DNA of 64,000 nucleotides from an uncultured Acidobacteriota bacterium (GCA_963764025.1 CAVXRK010000009.1:600881-664880), one strand, 5' to 3'. Shown: positions 16,763-25,627, counted from the stretch's first letter. A program made the numbers and translations. Notes: generated from the sequence alone by a model not told the origin.

Positions 16763-17708
16763 GCCCGTCGGCCTCGACGCGATCCGCGAAGCCCGAGCCC
16801 GGATCGCCGGGACGGCAGTCCGGACGCCGCTTCTGCCGATCGCGCTCGAGTCGGGCCGGGAAGTCTGGCTGAAACTCGAGTGTCTCCAGCCGATCGGCTC
16901 CTTCAAGCTGCGCGGCGCCGCCAATGCGATGGCCCTCGCCCGGCCCGAGACCCTCGCCCGCGGCGTGTGGACCGCGAGCGCCGGGAACATGGCGCAGGGC
17001 GTGGCCTGGTGCGCGAGAAGGGCCGGCGTCCCCTGCACGGTCATCGTGCCCGACCACGCGCCGCAGGCGAAGATCGCCGCGATCGAGCGGCTCGGGGGCC
17101 GCGTCGTCAAGGTGCCCTTCGAGCGCTGGTGGCAGGTCTTCCTCGATCACGCGTACCCGGGAATGGAGGGACTCCTGATCCATCCCTTCGCGGACCGGGG
17201 CGTCATCGCCGGCAACGGCACGATCGGCCTCGAGATTCTCGACGAGCTTCCGGACGTCGACTCCGTCCTCGTTCCCTACGGCGGGGGCGGACTGTCCTGC
17301 GGCATCGCCTCCGCGATCCGGGCCCTTCGTCCGGAGGCGAAGGTCCATGCCTGCGAGGTCGAGACGGCGGCGCCGTTCGCCGCGGCTCTCGCCGCCGGAC
17401 GACCCACCGTCATCGAGTACACCCCGAGCTTCGTCGACGGGATCGGCGGACGGGGCGTGCTCGCCGAAATGTGGCCCCTCGCTTCGAGCCTCCTCGCGGG
17501 GTCGCTCGTGGTCTCACTCTCGGAAATCGCCGCCGCGATCCGGCTCCTCGCCGCGCGGGCGCGTGTCGTGGCGGAAGGAGCCGCCGGGGCTTCGGTCGCC
17601 GCCGCGGCGTCCCCGCGCGCGCCGGAAGGCAGGCTCGTCTGCGTCGTCTCCGGCGGCAACATCGACGCCGCCGTGCTCGCCTCGATCCTTTCGGGCGCGA
17701 CGCCCTAG
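16737..17708 (+). CDS. PLP-dependent threonine/serine dehydratase-like enzyme (fold type II, EutB-like).
   Basis: SFKLRGA lysine motif, GNMAQGVAW, GGGGL. The likely GTG start at 16737 overlaps the OCD 3' end. ORF 16668..17708 has an R/S-rich leader. Confidence 0.8.
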   Translation: MGAAATPIEPVGLDAIREARARIAGTAVRTPLLPIALESGREVWLKLECLQPIGSFKLRGAANAMALARPETLARGVWTASAGNMAQGVAWCARRAGVPCTVIVPDHAPQAKIAAIERLGGRVVKVPFERWWQVFLDHAYPGMEGLLIHPFADRGVIAGNGTIGLEILDELPDVDSVLVPYGGGGLSCGIASAIRALRPEAKVHACEVETAAPFAAALAAGRPTVIEYTPSFVDGIGGRGVLAEMWPLASSLLAGSLVVSLSEIAAAIRLLAARARVVAEGAAGASVAAAASPRAPEGRLVCVVSGGNIDAAVLASILSGATP

Positions 17709-17756
17709 GTTTCGTTTCTCAAGACGTTGTTCACCGGCGATCCCCTAACAAGAGAA

Positions 17757-17881
17757 CCCTCTCCCCCGAAAGGGGGAGAGGGCAGGGTGAGGGGGTTGGG
17801 ACCAACTGATCAGATGGATCGCTGCGGGCCGATCGAGCCTGGGGAGCCCTCACCCCAACCCTCTCCCGCCGGGAGAGGGGG
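17757..17881. repeat. Family B palindromic element, copy 1 (~125 bp). The left end is CCCTCTCCCCCGAAAGGGGGAGAGGGCAGGGTGAGGGGG and the right end is CCCTCACCCCAACCCTCTCCCGCCGGGAGAGGGGG.
   Basis: Read directly. It is intergenic between the dehydratase and pagL-like genes. A second copy is at 32266-32389. The spurious ORF 17727..17936 translates through it. Confidence 0.8.
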
Positions 17882-17940
17882 AAGGCCGCCCGGCCCGATC
17901 GAGGCCGTGAACAACGCGTTGAGAATCCACACTTAGGGCG

Positions 17941-18498
17941 TCAGCGGAACCGCCAGCCGCCGAGAAAGGCGAAGGAATTCAGGCCCCAGTTGGGGTCCAC
18001 CGTCCCGGCGTTGGACGTGTGCTGGAAGCGGACCTCGAACGTCCAGCCGGAGGTCTCCGTGACCTGACGGCGGATTCCCGCCGCCCCCTCGATCCGGAAG
18101 TTGAACCGGCGGTTGATCTCGGGGATCTTCTCCACGAGGTCCGTCCAGCCGAGTCCGAACCCGAGCGCGGCATAAGGCAGCCAGGGGCCGTGGAGGAGCG
18201 TGACGCGGAGCCCTGCGGGAAGAACTCCCACGAAATAGGCGTCGGGCGAGACATACCGCTCGAAGGTCGCCGAGGCCAGCCACTCGAGCCGCGCCGAAAG
18301 CCGAAACCCGACCGAGGGCGAAAGGACGACCTGGTGCTCTTCGGTGTCGCCGGGGCCGAGGTTCGCCGGGATCCCGTACCCCGCCGCGATGCCCCACTCC
18401 GGCGGACGCCCTGCGGCGATCGGCCTCTCGGCGCGGACGGCGGGCGCCGAGAGCAGGAAGAGCCCGAGCAGTCCCGCGGAGGCCGGACCGGCCCTCAA
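17941..18498 (-). CDS. PagL-like lipid A 3-O-deacylase / acyloxyacyl hydrolase outer-membrane beta-barrel.
   Basis: The likely TTG start at 18498 gives the signal peptide (M)RAGPASAGLLGLFLLSAPAVRA. The C-terminal FQHTSNAG matches the PagL His/Ser catalytic motif. It directly abuts the fpg stop. Confidence 0.6.
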   Translation of the reverse strand: MRAGPASAGLLGLFLLSAPAVRAERPIAAGRPPEWGIAAGYGIPANLGPGDTEEHQVVLSPSVGFRLSARLEWLASATFERYVSPDAYFVGVLPAGLRVTLLHGPWLPYAALGFGLGWTDLVEKIPEINRRFNFRIEGAAGIRRQVTETSGWTFEVRFQHTSNAGTVDPNWGLNSFAFLGGWRFR

Positions 18499-19400
18499 CC
18501 GACGGGCCTCATGCGGTCTTCGAGCTCCTCCAGCGTGCGCGGCCAGTCGCCACGCAAGAGTCGCGAGAGCGCCCGGTCCGCGAGGAGCTTCCCTCCGGTC
18601 TGGCAGGTGGCGCAGTAATTGGCTTCGTTCTCGGCGTAGACGATCCGCTGCACCGGCGAACCGCAGACCGGGCACGGCTTGCCGTAGCGGCCGTGCACCG
18701 ACATCCCCTCGCGAAACGCCGTGACCTTCTCCGGGAATGTCCTCGCCGCCTCCGAGGCCAGTCGCTCGACCCATTCGCCCAGCACGGCGCGGGTCGCCCC
18801 GTACAGCCGCTCGATCTCCTCGTCCGACATCCTCTGCGTCAGCTTCGCCGGCGAGAGCCGGGCGCGATGGAGGATCTCGTCGGAATACGCGTTGCCGATG
18901 CCCGAGAAGAGCCGCGGATCCGTGAGCGCGCGCTTCAACGTGTGGTTCTCGCGGACGAGAGCTGCGCGGAAGCGGGACACGTCGGCGTCGAGGACCTCGA
19001 TTCCCCCGCGGTCGAGCTCCGCGAGATTACCCTCCCCCTCGACGAGATGGAGCGACGCGCGCTTCCTGGTGCTGGCCTCCGAGAGAACGAGCGACCCGTC
19101 CGGAAAGTCGAAGGAGGCGAGCGCCCCGCGACCACCGACCTTCGCCGGCCGCTTCCTCCAGTGGAGCCGGCCGGCGACCATCAGGTGAAGAACGAGAAAG
19201 AGCCCGCCCTCGAGAACGAAGACGATGCGCTTGCCGATCCGGCGCAGGCCCACGACCGACCGACCCTCGGCCGCCGAGAGAGGCGGAGCGACCGAACGCA
19301 GAAGGAAAGGACTCCCGAGCCGCACCGATTCGAGCCGCCTTCCGACGACGCGCGGCTCGAGCGCCGCCAGATATCCGAGGATGTCGGGAAGCTCCGGCAT
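18495..19400 (-). CDS. mutM: Formamidopyrimidine-DNA glycosylase (Fpg/Nei family).
   Basis: N-terminal MPELPD with catalytic Pro2 and Glu3, a helix-two-turn-helix, and a C-terminal zinc finger CPVCGSPV...CATCQ. Confidence 0.85.
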   Translation of the reverse strand: MPELPDILGYLAALEPRVVGRRLESVRLGSPFLLRSVAPPLSAAEGRSVVGLRRIGKRIVFVLEGGLFLVLHLMVAGRLHWRKRPAKVGGRGALASFDFPDGSLVLSEASTRKRASLHLVEGEGNLAELDRGGIEVLDADVSRFRAALVRENHTLKRALTDPRLFSGIGNAYSDEILHRARLSPAKLTQRMSDEEIERLYGATRAVLGEWVERLASEAARTFPEKVTAFREGMSVHGRYGKPCPVCGSPVQRIVYAENEANYCATCQTGGKLLADRALSRLLRGDWPRTLEELEDRMRPVG

Positions 19401-19569
19401 TCCGGCGAAAGCTTAGCCCGTTACGACCCGCCAGAGAGCGCCGCGCCGGACTCGAACCGTGATCGTCCTCGCACGGGAACGTCGAGGCCGGCGACGAATC
19501 CGATACCTGCGGGATCGAGCGGTACAATCTCGCAGGAACGACAGCGTGACCGCTCGCCGCACGATTTGG

Positions 19570-21492
19570 ATGCTCTTGCTGGGGATCCTGGCGGGAAGGC
19601 CCCTGCTCGCCGCCGGCAGCCATTGGACGAGCGGGACCCCGCCGTGGGGACCGCAATCGGTTCTCGGCGTGACCGCGCACCCACGAATCCCCGGCCTCGT
19701 CTTCGCCCGGGGCGAAGGACTCTGGCGAAGCAATGATGGAGGCGAGAACTGGAGTCGGCTCCCGCTTCCGCAGGCGGTGGTCCTGACCGTCGCTCCGGAC
19801 CCGAGCTCCGCGGACGTCGTCTACGTCGATCGGACGAGCGGCGGTGTGCTCCGCAGCGTCGACGGCGGGCGAACCTGGGTCCCCGTGGCGGCCGATGCGA
19901 CCTCGCCGCCGGTGGTCTCCCAGCTGACGATCGCCCCGTCCGCTCCCGAAGTGCTCTTCGCCTACGGTCTCGGCCGCGCGGGGGCCGGCCTCTACCGAAG
20001 CCGTGACTCGGGAGAGACCTGGCAGCTGGCGTTCGCCAGCAGCGCTTTCGTTGGAGTCGCCATCGACCCGTTCGACGCCCGGGACGTCATTATCGCGGCG
20101 GCGGATCAGGGTGTTCTCCGGTCGAGCGACGGCGGGGACCACTGGGTCCCCACCAACACCGGACTTCTCGCGCTTTCAGCGACTTCGATCGCGATCGACG
20201 CGCAGGATGCACGACGCCTCTACCTCATCAACGCGGGGCAGATCTATCGCTCGACCGACGCCGGAGGAACCTGGCTGCCCACGTCCGGGATCGCGAATCC
20301 GGTCGAGGTGTCGAGCGATCCTCTCGAGGCGAACCTCGCCTATGCCCGCACAGGCCCGACGGCGGGATTCGACGGGCTCGTTCGCACCACCGACGGCGGC
20401 TTCACCTGGAGGGCGATCTCTCCTCCCCCGGGCGTCCGGAGCTTGAACGGACTGGCTCCCGATCCCGGGCACAGCGGCAGCCTCTATGTCGTGACCGATC
20501 GGGTTCTGAAGACGTCCGATGCGGGCACGACATGGTCCACGCTCGGCGCAGGCCCGGCCGATGTGGCAGCCCGCGGCCTCGCGGTTTCGCCCTTCGATGC
20601 GGCGACCGTCTACGCGGCCGGAGGGCTTGCGCGCTTCTCGCGTTCCCCCGACTCGGGAGCAAGCTGGCTCGTTCCGGCCAATGCCGGCTTCCCGTCGGCG
20701 CCGCCGAACAATCTGGCCGTCGCGGCCACGACCCCGGAGACCGTCTACGCGGGAACGGGCTCCGGCCTGTTCCGAACGCTCAATCGAGGGGCGACCTGGA
20801 GCCGCGTGGGGCCGTTCAGCGATTCCACGCGCATCCTCCTGGGTACCGGGCAGGACGAGATACTGATTGCGGTCACGACCGCCGGAAGCTCGCAGTCGAC
20901 CGACGGCGGGGTGACCTGGAACACGATCTCGAGCTCGGGTGGCGGTCCCGTGTTCGCCAAACTCCTCGCGGGGACGGTCCCCCCGACGCTCCTCGGCACG
21001 GCGGATTTCGGGCAAGTGATCCTGCGAGGGGATGCGGCCGGTCCGCTCGTTTCCGTGCCCGGAGCGCCGATTCTGACGCTCCTGGCCGCCGATCCGCTCG
21101 ACCCCTCGGTGATCTACGGCGTCGGCTCGCTTCCCGGCGACAGCGTGGGCCGCTTTTTCCGCAGCGACGATGCCGGCTCGACCTGGTCTCCCGTCGGGAC
21201 GCTGCCCGCCGCGACGATTCTGGCCCTCGCGATCGACCCCGTCGAACCGACGCACGCGGTCATCGGGACCGAGACCCGCGGCGTCTTTCGATCGACCGAC
21301 GGCGGAGCGAGCTGGGAGCCCTTCAACGTCGATCTTCTCGAGGCCACCATCCTTTCGCTCGCCTTCTCTTCCGACGGCCATACCCTCTACGCCGGCACCG
21401 ACCAGGCCGTCTACCAGTACGACTTCTGCGACGGCTGCGGGCCGATCGGTCCCCACCGGCCGCCGACGCGCGTCGTGGGCCCGAGACCGTGA
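19570..21492 (+). CDS. Secreted BNR/Asp-box repeat beta-propeller protein (sialidase/xyloglucanase-like fold).
   Basis: At least ten S-x-D-x-G-x-T-W repeats (SNDGGENW, SVDGGRTW, SRDSGETW, STDAGGTW and others). Signal peptide MLLLGILAGRPLLAAG starts at 19570. The upstream 37 aa of the ORF are noise. Confidence 0.7.
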   Translation: MLLLGILAGRPLLAAGSHWTSGTPPWGPQSVLGVTAHPRIPGLVFARGEGLWRSNDGGENWSRLPLPQAVVLTVAPDPSSADVVYVDRTSGGVLRSVDGGRTWVPVAADATSPPVVSQLTIAPSAPEVLFAYGLGRAGAGLYRSRDSGETWQLAFASSAFVGVAIDPFDARDVIIAAADQGVLRSSDGGDHWVPTNTGLLALSATSIAIDAQDARRLYLINAGQIYRSTDAGGTWLPTSGIANPVEVSSDPLEANLAYARTGPTAGFDGLVRTTDGGFTWRAISPPPGVRSLNGLAPDPGHSGSLYVVTDRVLKTSDAGTTWSTLGAGPADVAARGLAVSPFDAATVYAAGGLARFSRSPDSGASWLVPANAGFPSAPPNNLAVAATTPETVYAGTGSGLFRTLNRGATWSRVGPFSDSTRILLGTGQDEILIAVTTAGSSQSTDGGVTWNTISSSGGGPVFAKLLAGTVPPTLLGTADFGQVILRGDAAGPLVSVPGAPILTLLAADPLDPSVIYGVGSLPGDSVGRFFRSDDAGSTWSPVGTLPAATILALAIDPVEPTHAVIGTETRGVFRSTDGGASWEPFNVDLLEATILSLAFSSDGHTLYAGTDQAVYQYDFCDGCGPIGPHRPPTRVVGPRP

Positions 21493-21554
21493 GGCCGACG
21501 GCCGCAAGGCCCGGGTGAGGATCCTCGAGCTCGCGCGCTAGACTCCTCGGCCCC

Positions 21555-22424
21555 ATGATTCTCGTCACCGGAGCCACCGGAACGATCGGCCGCGAGCTGG
21601 TGCGGCTGCTCTCGGCGGGGCGCACGCCGTTCCGGGCGCTCGTGCGGAGCGCCGGGAAGGCACAGGCGATCCGGGAGGCCGGGGGCGACGCCGTGGTCGG
21701 CGATTTCGCGGACGTGGGCGCCGTCGAGGCGGCCCTGCGCGGCGTCCGGAAGCTCTTCCTCCTGACGAACTCGCTCCCCGACCAGCCCGAGACGGAAGCC
21801 CGGATCGTGGACGCCGCGAAGGCGGCCGGAGTCGAGCACGTCGTCAAGCTCTCCTCCGTCGGAGCCGACGCCGAGAAGCCTCCCCTCTTCCTGAAGCTCC
21901 ACGGGGACGCCGAGCGCCACATCGAGGCCACGGGCCTCGCCTGGACCTTCCTCCGGCCGAACTTCTTCATGCAGAACTATCTCGGCTACGCCGACGCGAT
22001 CCGCACGCAGGGGGTGCTGGCGGCGCCCGCGGGCGACGGGCGGCATCCCGACGTCGACGCGCACGACGTGGCGGCGGTCGCGGCCCGCGTCCTGACGGAG
22101 CCGGGGCACGAAGGCCGCGCCTACGAGCTGACGGGCCCGGAGTCGCAGACTTTCGCGGACGTCGCCCGGCTCATCGCGAAGATCGCCGGCCGCGATGTCC
22201 GGTTCGTCGACCTGCCGCCCGCCGAGGGCCGGCGCAGCCTGATGGCCCTGGGCGAATCGGAATGGAGCGCCGACGCGTTCGTCGAGCTCTACGCGTGGTT
22301 CCGGGAAGGCCGGGGGACGACCAACGGCTCGGCGGTCGCGCTGGGCGTCGAGGAAGTCCTCGACCGCGCGCCGCGCTCGTTCGAGAGCTTCGTGCGCCAC
22401 CACGTCCGCGACTTCGGCGGATGA
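21555..22424 (+). CDS. NmrA-family NAD(P)H-binding oxidoreductase.
   Basis: MILVTGATGTIGRELV Rossmann motif, 289 aa. Confidence 0.85.
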   Translation: MILVTGATGTIGRELVRLLSAGRTPFRALVRSAGKAQAIREAGGDAVVGDFADVGAVEAALRGVRKLFLLTNSLPDQPETEARIVDAAKAAGVEHVVKLSSVGADAEKPPLFLKLHGDAERHIEATGLAWTFLRPNFFMQNYLGYADAIRTQGVLAAPAGDGRHPDVDAHDVAAVAARVLTEPGHEGRAYELTGPESQTFADVARLIAKIAGRDVRFVDLPPAEGRRSLMALGESEWSADAFVELYAWFREGRGTTNGSAVALGVEEVLDRAPRSFESFVRHHVRDFGG

Positions 22425-23365
22425 CCGCCCTCGCGGTCCTCGTCTTCGCCTGGCTCGCCGCGGCTCCGGCGCCCGAGCGCCGCGTCGCGGTGACGTTCGA
22501 CGACCTTCCGGGAGCCCCCGCGGCCTGCATCGGCGGAGATCTCGCCGCCTTCCGGTCGATGACCGCGAAGCTCGTTGCCGCGGTGAAGGCCTCCGGCGCG
22601 CCTGCGACCGGCTTCGTCAACGAAGGCAAGCTGGCCCCGGACGGGACCCGCGAGGAGGCGCGGGTGGCGCTTCTGCGGGCCTGGCTCGACGCGGGGCTGG
22701 ATCTCGGCAACCACACGTACTCCCATTTCGACCTGCATCGCACGCCGATCGAAGAGTTCGAGCAGGACACGACCCGCGGCGAGGAGACGACCCGGGCCCT
22801 TCTCGGCGAGCGCGGCCGGACGCTCCGCTATTTCCGGCACCCCTTCCTCCACACCGGCCGAAGCCTCGAGACCAAGCACGCCTTCGAGCAGTTCCTGGCG
22901 TCCCGCGACTATACGATCGCCCCCGTCACGCACGACAACGGCGAGTGGATCTTCGCCAGCGCGTACGCGAAGGCCGGCGACCGCAGAGACGCCGCCACGC
23001 AGCGCCGGATCGTCGAGGCCTACGTCCCGTACATGGAGGCCAAGTTCGACTATTTCGAGCGCGAGTCGCGCGCCCTCTTTTCGCGAGAGATCCCGCAGGT
23101 GCTCCTCATCCACGCGAATTCGTTGAACGCCGACGCCTACCCGGACCTCGCGCGGATGATGAAGGCGCGCGGCTACGCCTTCGTTCCGCTCGCGTCGGCG
23201 CTCGAAGACCCCGCCTTCCGCTCGCCGGACACCTTCACGGGCGCCGGCGGGATCTCCTGGCTCCACCGCTGGGCCCTGACGCGCGGTGAGAAGGGCCTCG
23301 TCCTCCCGGACGAGCCGGCCGTGCCGAAGTTCGTCCTCGAGCTCGCCGGCGTCGACGGCGAGTAG
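22421..23365 (+). CDS. Polysaccharide deacetylase (NodB homology domain) family protein, secreted.
   Basis: ATGA overlap with the NmrA stop. Signal peptide MTALAVLVFAWLAAAPA. Motifs TFDD and HTYSH. Confidence 0.8.
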   Translation: MTALAVLVFAWLAAAPAPERRVAVTFDDLPGAPAACIGGDLAAFRSMTAKLVAAVKASGAPATGFVNEGKLAPDGTREEARVALLRAWLDAGLDLGNHTYSHFDLHRTPIEEFEQDTTRGEETTRALLGERGRTLRYFRHPFLHTGRSLETKHAFEQFLASRDYTIAPVTHDNGEWIFASAYAKAGDRRDAATQRRIVEAYVPYMEAKFDYFERESRALFSREIPQVLLIHANSLNADAYPDLARMMKARGYAFVPLASALEDPAFRSPDTFTGAGGISWLHRWALTRGEKGLVLPDEPAVPKFVLELAGVDGE

Positions 23366-23472
23366 GGGTCAGGTCTTCCTTTTTTCGAAGGCCCCGGGCA
23401 GCTGAGACCCGAGCTCCGGACCGGAGGGGGCCTGAAAAAAGAAGACCTGACCCCTTACGAGACCTGACCCCC
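23365..23472. repeat. Family A palindromic element, copy 2, with a duplicated right terminus. The arms are GGGGTCAGGTCTTCCTTTTTTC and GAAAAAAGAAGACCTGACCCC, followed by TTACGA and a second GACCTGACCCCC.
   Basis: Read directly. The left end begins at the G of the deacetylase TAG stop. The right end runs into the CTA (the TAG on the minus strand) of the VWA gene stop. Confidence 0.8.
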
Positions 23473-24551
23473 TACGAGGCCGAGTCGTCGTACTCCTGGC
23501 GGTACAGGAGGACCCACGGCGCAGCGCCGCGCATCTTGTCGATCCGGATCCGGTGGGGCCCGGGCTTGAGCGAGGGCTTGGCGAACGTCAGGACGTAGTG
23601 GCCCTTGACGGCCTCGCGCACGACGCCCATCGCCCACTCCGGGAACGTCTCCGTCCGCATGTAGAAGCCGCCGGTCTCGAAGGAGAGCTGCTTCAGGCCG
23701 GCGCCGAGCTGGTGCGCGCCCGAGCTGATGTCCAGCGTGAAGACCGGAGCCTGCGCGGACGCAAGGGCCATCTGTGCCGTCTCGAGATCCTGCGTCGACA
23801 CGAAATGCCCCATGCCTCCGTTGGACGCCGTTTCGGACAACGCGTTCCAGCGGCCCACGGCGTATCCGAAGAAGAGGATCGCCTTCGACCCCGGCAGCGG
23901 CCGCAGCGCCCGGCCGATCGCCGTGAGGCCCTTTTCCATCGAGGTCGCCGCACGCTCGTCCTCATGCGACAGGTGGGCGCCGATCGAGAGCGTGGGCGGG
24001 TTCTCGGAACGCTTCGTCTCTTCCTTGCGCGGCGCCGACTCGATCGCCTTCCGGATCACGGCCCGGTCCGACGTGAAGTCCTGGGAGAGCCACAGCCGGG
24101 AGCCGAAGACGAGAAGCGCGACCTCGTCGGACGGCCCGAGCGTGTCGAGGAAATTGAGGGCCTGCCGCTTCATCCGCATCAGGCCCTCGTCCTTCTGGCC
24201 CTCGATGTGGGACTGAAAGACCATCACGAAGAGGCGGCCCGCCGGCGGGACGGGAGCCCCGTCGTCGGCCCCGGCGGCGGGCGCGTCGGTGCGGACGAGG
24301 GTCGCGCTCCGGCTGGGCAAGGCGGCGGAGAGGGACCCTTCCCACTCCAGGGACTCGATCGAAACGGGGTTGTCGTCGACGAAGAGCTGAAAGTCTTCCT
24401 TCTTGAGGTCGGGCACGACGCGACCCTGCTTGTCGGTCACGTGCAGCGTGATCTCGACCCGCGAGACCGTGACCTGCTCCTGGACCGGCTCCTGCCCGCG
24501 CAGGCCGGCCGCCGCGAGCCCGATCAGCGCGGCGGCGAGACGGCGCTTCAC
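23472..24551 (-). CDS. Secreted von Willebrand factor type A (VWA) domain protein.
   Basis: The GTG start at 24551 overlaps the ddl stop as GTGA. Signal peptide VKRRLAAALIGLAAAGL. The VWA fold is present (LFVMVFQSH..., a MIDAS-like DxSxS context). The upstream 139 aa of ORF 23472..24968 are R/G-rich noise. Confidence 0.7.
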   Translation of the reverse strand: MKRRLAAALIGLAAAGLRGQEPVQEQVTVSRVEITLHVTDKQGRVVPDLKKEDFQLFVDDNPVSIESLEWEGSLSAALPSRSATLVRTDAPAAGADDGAPVPPAGRLFVMVFQSHIEGQKDEGLMRMKRQALNFLDTLGPSDEVALLVFGSRLWLSQDFTSDRAVIRKAIESAPRKEETKRSENPPTLSIGAHLSHEDERAATSMEKGLTAIGRALRPLPGSKAILFFGYAVGRWNALSETASNGGMGHFVSTQDLETAQMALASAQAPVFTLDISSGAHQLGAGLKQLSFETGGFYMRTETFPEWAMGVVREAVKGHYVLTFAKPSLKPGPHRIRIDKMRGAAPWVLLYRQEYDDSAS

Positions 24552-25627
24552 GACAGCTCCGCCGGCGGCGCGGTCCGCAGCCGCGCGCGGCGGTCGCGCC
24601 GCTCGAACGCCAGCCGGATGAGCTCGTCGAGAAGAGCCGGCAGCGACAGGCCGCTCGCCTCCCACAGTTTCGGATACATCGACATCGCCGTGAAGCCCGG
24701 AAGCGTGTTGACCTCGTTGACGAGCAGCCTCCCGCCGGCGCGCTCGAGGAAGAAGTCCACCCGCGCCATCCCCGAGAGCCGGCAGGCGCGGAACACCCGG
24801 ATCGCCATCGCCTTCGCCGCCTCCGCGACCGCCGCCGTCACGGGCGCCGGCACCAGCAGCTTCGCCTTGTCGTCGCGGTACTTGTCGTCGTAGTCGTAGA
24901 ACTCGCGCCCGGGCACGATCTCGCCCGGCACCGTCGCCCGGGGAGAGTCGTTGCCGAGGACGGCGCACTCGAGCTCGCGCGCGTCGATCCCCTCCTCGAC
25001 CAGGGCCCGCTCGTCGTAGGCGAGGGCCGCCTCGACCGCCGCCCCGAGGTCCTCCCAGCGCTTGACCTTCGCGACGCCGACCGACGAACCGCCGTTGCAG
25101 GGCTTGACGAAGACCGGAAGCCCCACTCCGGCCCGCTCGAGCTCTTCTCTGGCGCCCGACGCGTCGGCCGCCGCATCCGCGACCGCCGCGCGGGGCGTCG
25201 GGATCCCGGCGTCCCGCATGAGCGCCTTGAAGACCGACTTGTCCATCCCCACGGCGGAGCCGGTCACGCCGGCGCCCACGTACGGGACGCCGAGCGTCTC
25301 GAGAAAGCCCTGCAGCACGCCGTCCTCGCCGCTCGTTCCGTGGATGATCGGGAAGACGACGTCGACGCGGCCCGGGGCGATCTCGGAGGGAACGAGCGCG
25401 CCCGTGCCCTGGTCGCCGCGGCGGAACCGCTCGGGGACGGGGCCGGCCGCGAGCAGCCGGCCCGACTCGGCGGCCGGCAGGAACCGGCCGTCCTCCCCCA
25501 CGGCGACGGGCACGACTTCGTAACGGGCCGGGTCGAGGGCGCCGGCGATCGTGCGGGCCGAGATCCGCGAGACCTCGCGTTCGACGGACCGGCCTCCGAA
25601 GAGCACGGCGACCCGGGTCCGGCTCAC
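24548..25627 (-). CDS. ddl: D-alanine--D-alanine ligase.
   Basis: The GTG start overlaps the serA stop as GTGA. Reads RVAVLFGGRSVEREVS...IIHGTSGEDGVLQG...EVNTLPGFT (ATP-grasp fold). Confidence 0.9.
   Translation of the reverse strand: MSRTRVAVLFGGRSVEREVSRISARTIAGALDPARYEVVPVAVGEDGRFLPAAESGRLLAAGPVPERFRRGDQGTGALVPSEIAPGRVDVVFPIIHGTSGEDGVLQGFLETLGVPYVGAGVTGSAVGMDKSVFKALMRDAGIPTPRAAVADAAADASGAREELERAGVGLPVFVKPCNGGSSVGVAKVKRWEDLGAAVEAALAYDERALVEEGIDARELECAVLGNDSPRATVPGEIVPGREFYDYDDKYRDDKAKLLVPAPVTAAVAEAAKAMAIRVFRACRLSGMARVDFFLERAGGRLLVNEVNTLPGFTAMSMYPKLWEASGLSLPALLDELIRLAFERRDRRARLRTAPPAELS

Noticed and set aside
17727-17936. 69-aa ORF encoding ...PSPPKGGEGRVRGLGP...PSPQPSPAGRGGRP.
   Set aside because: It is produced by translating the family B palindromic repeat. 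The same 'peptide' appears wherever the repeat occurs, and it is not a gene.
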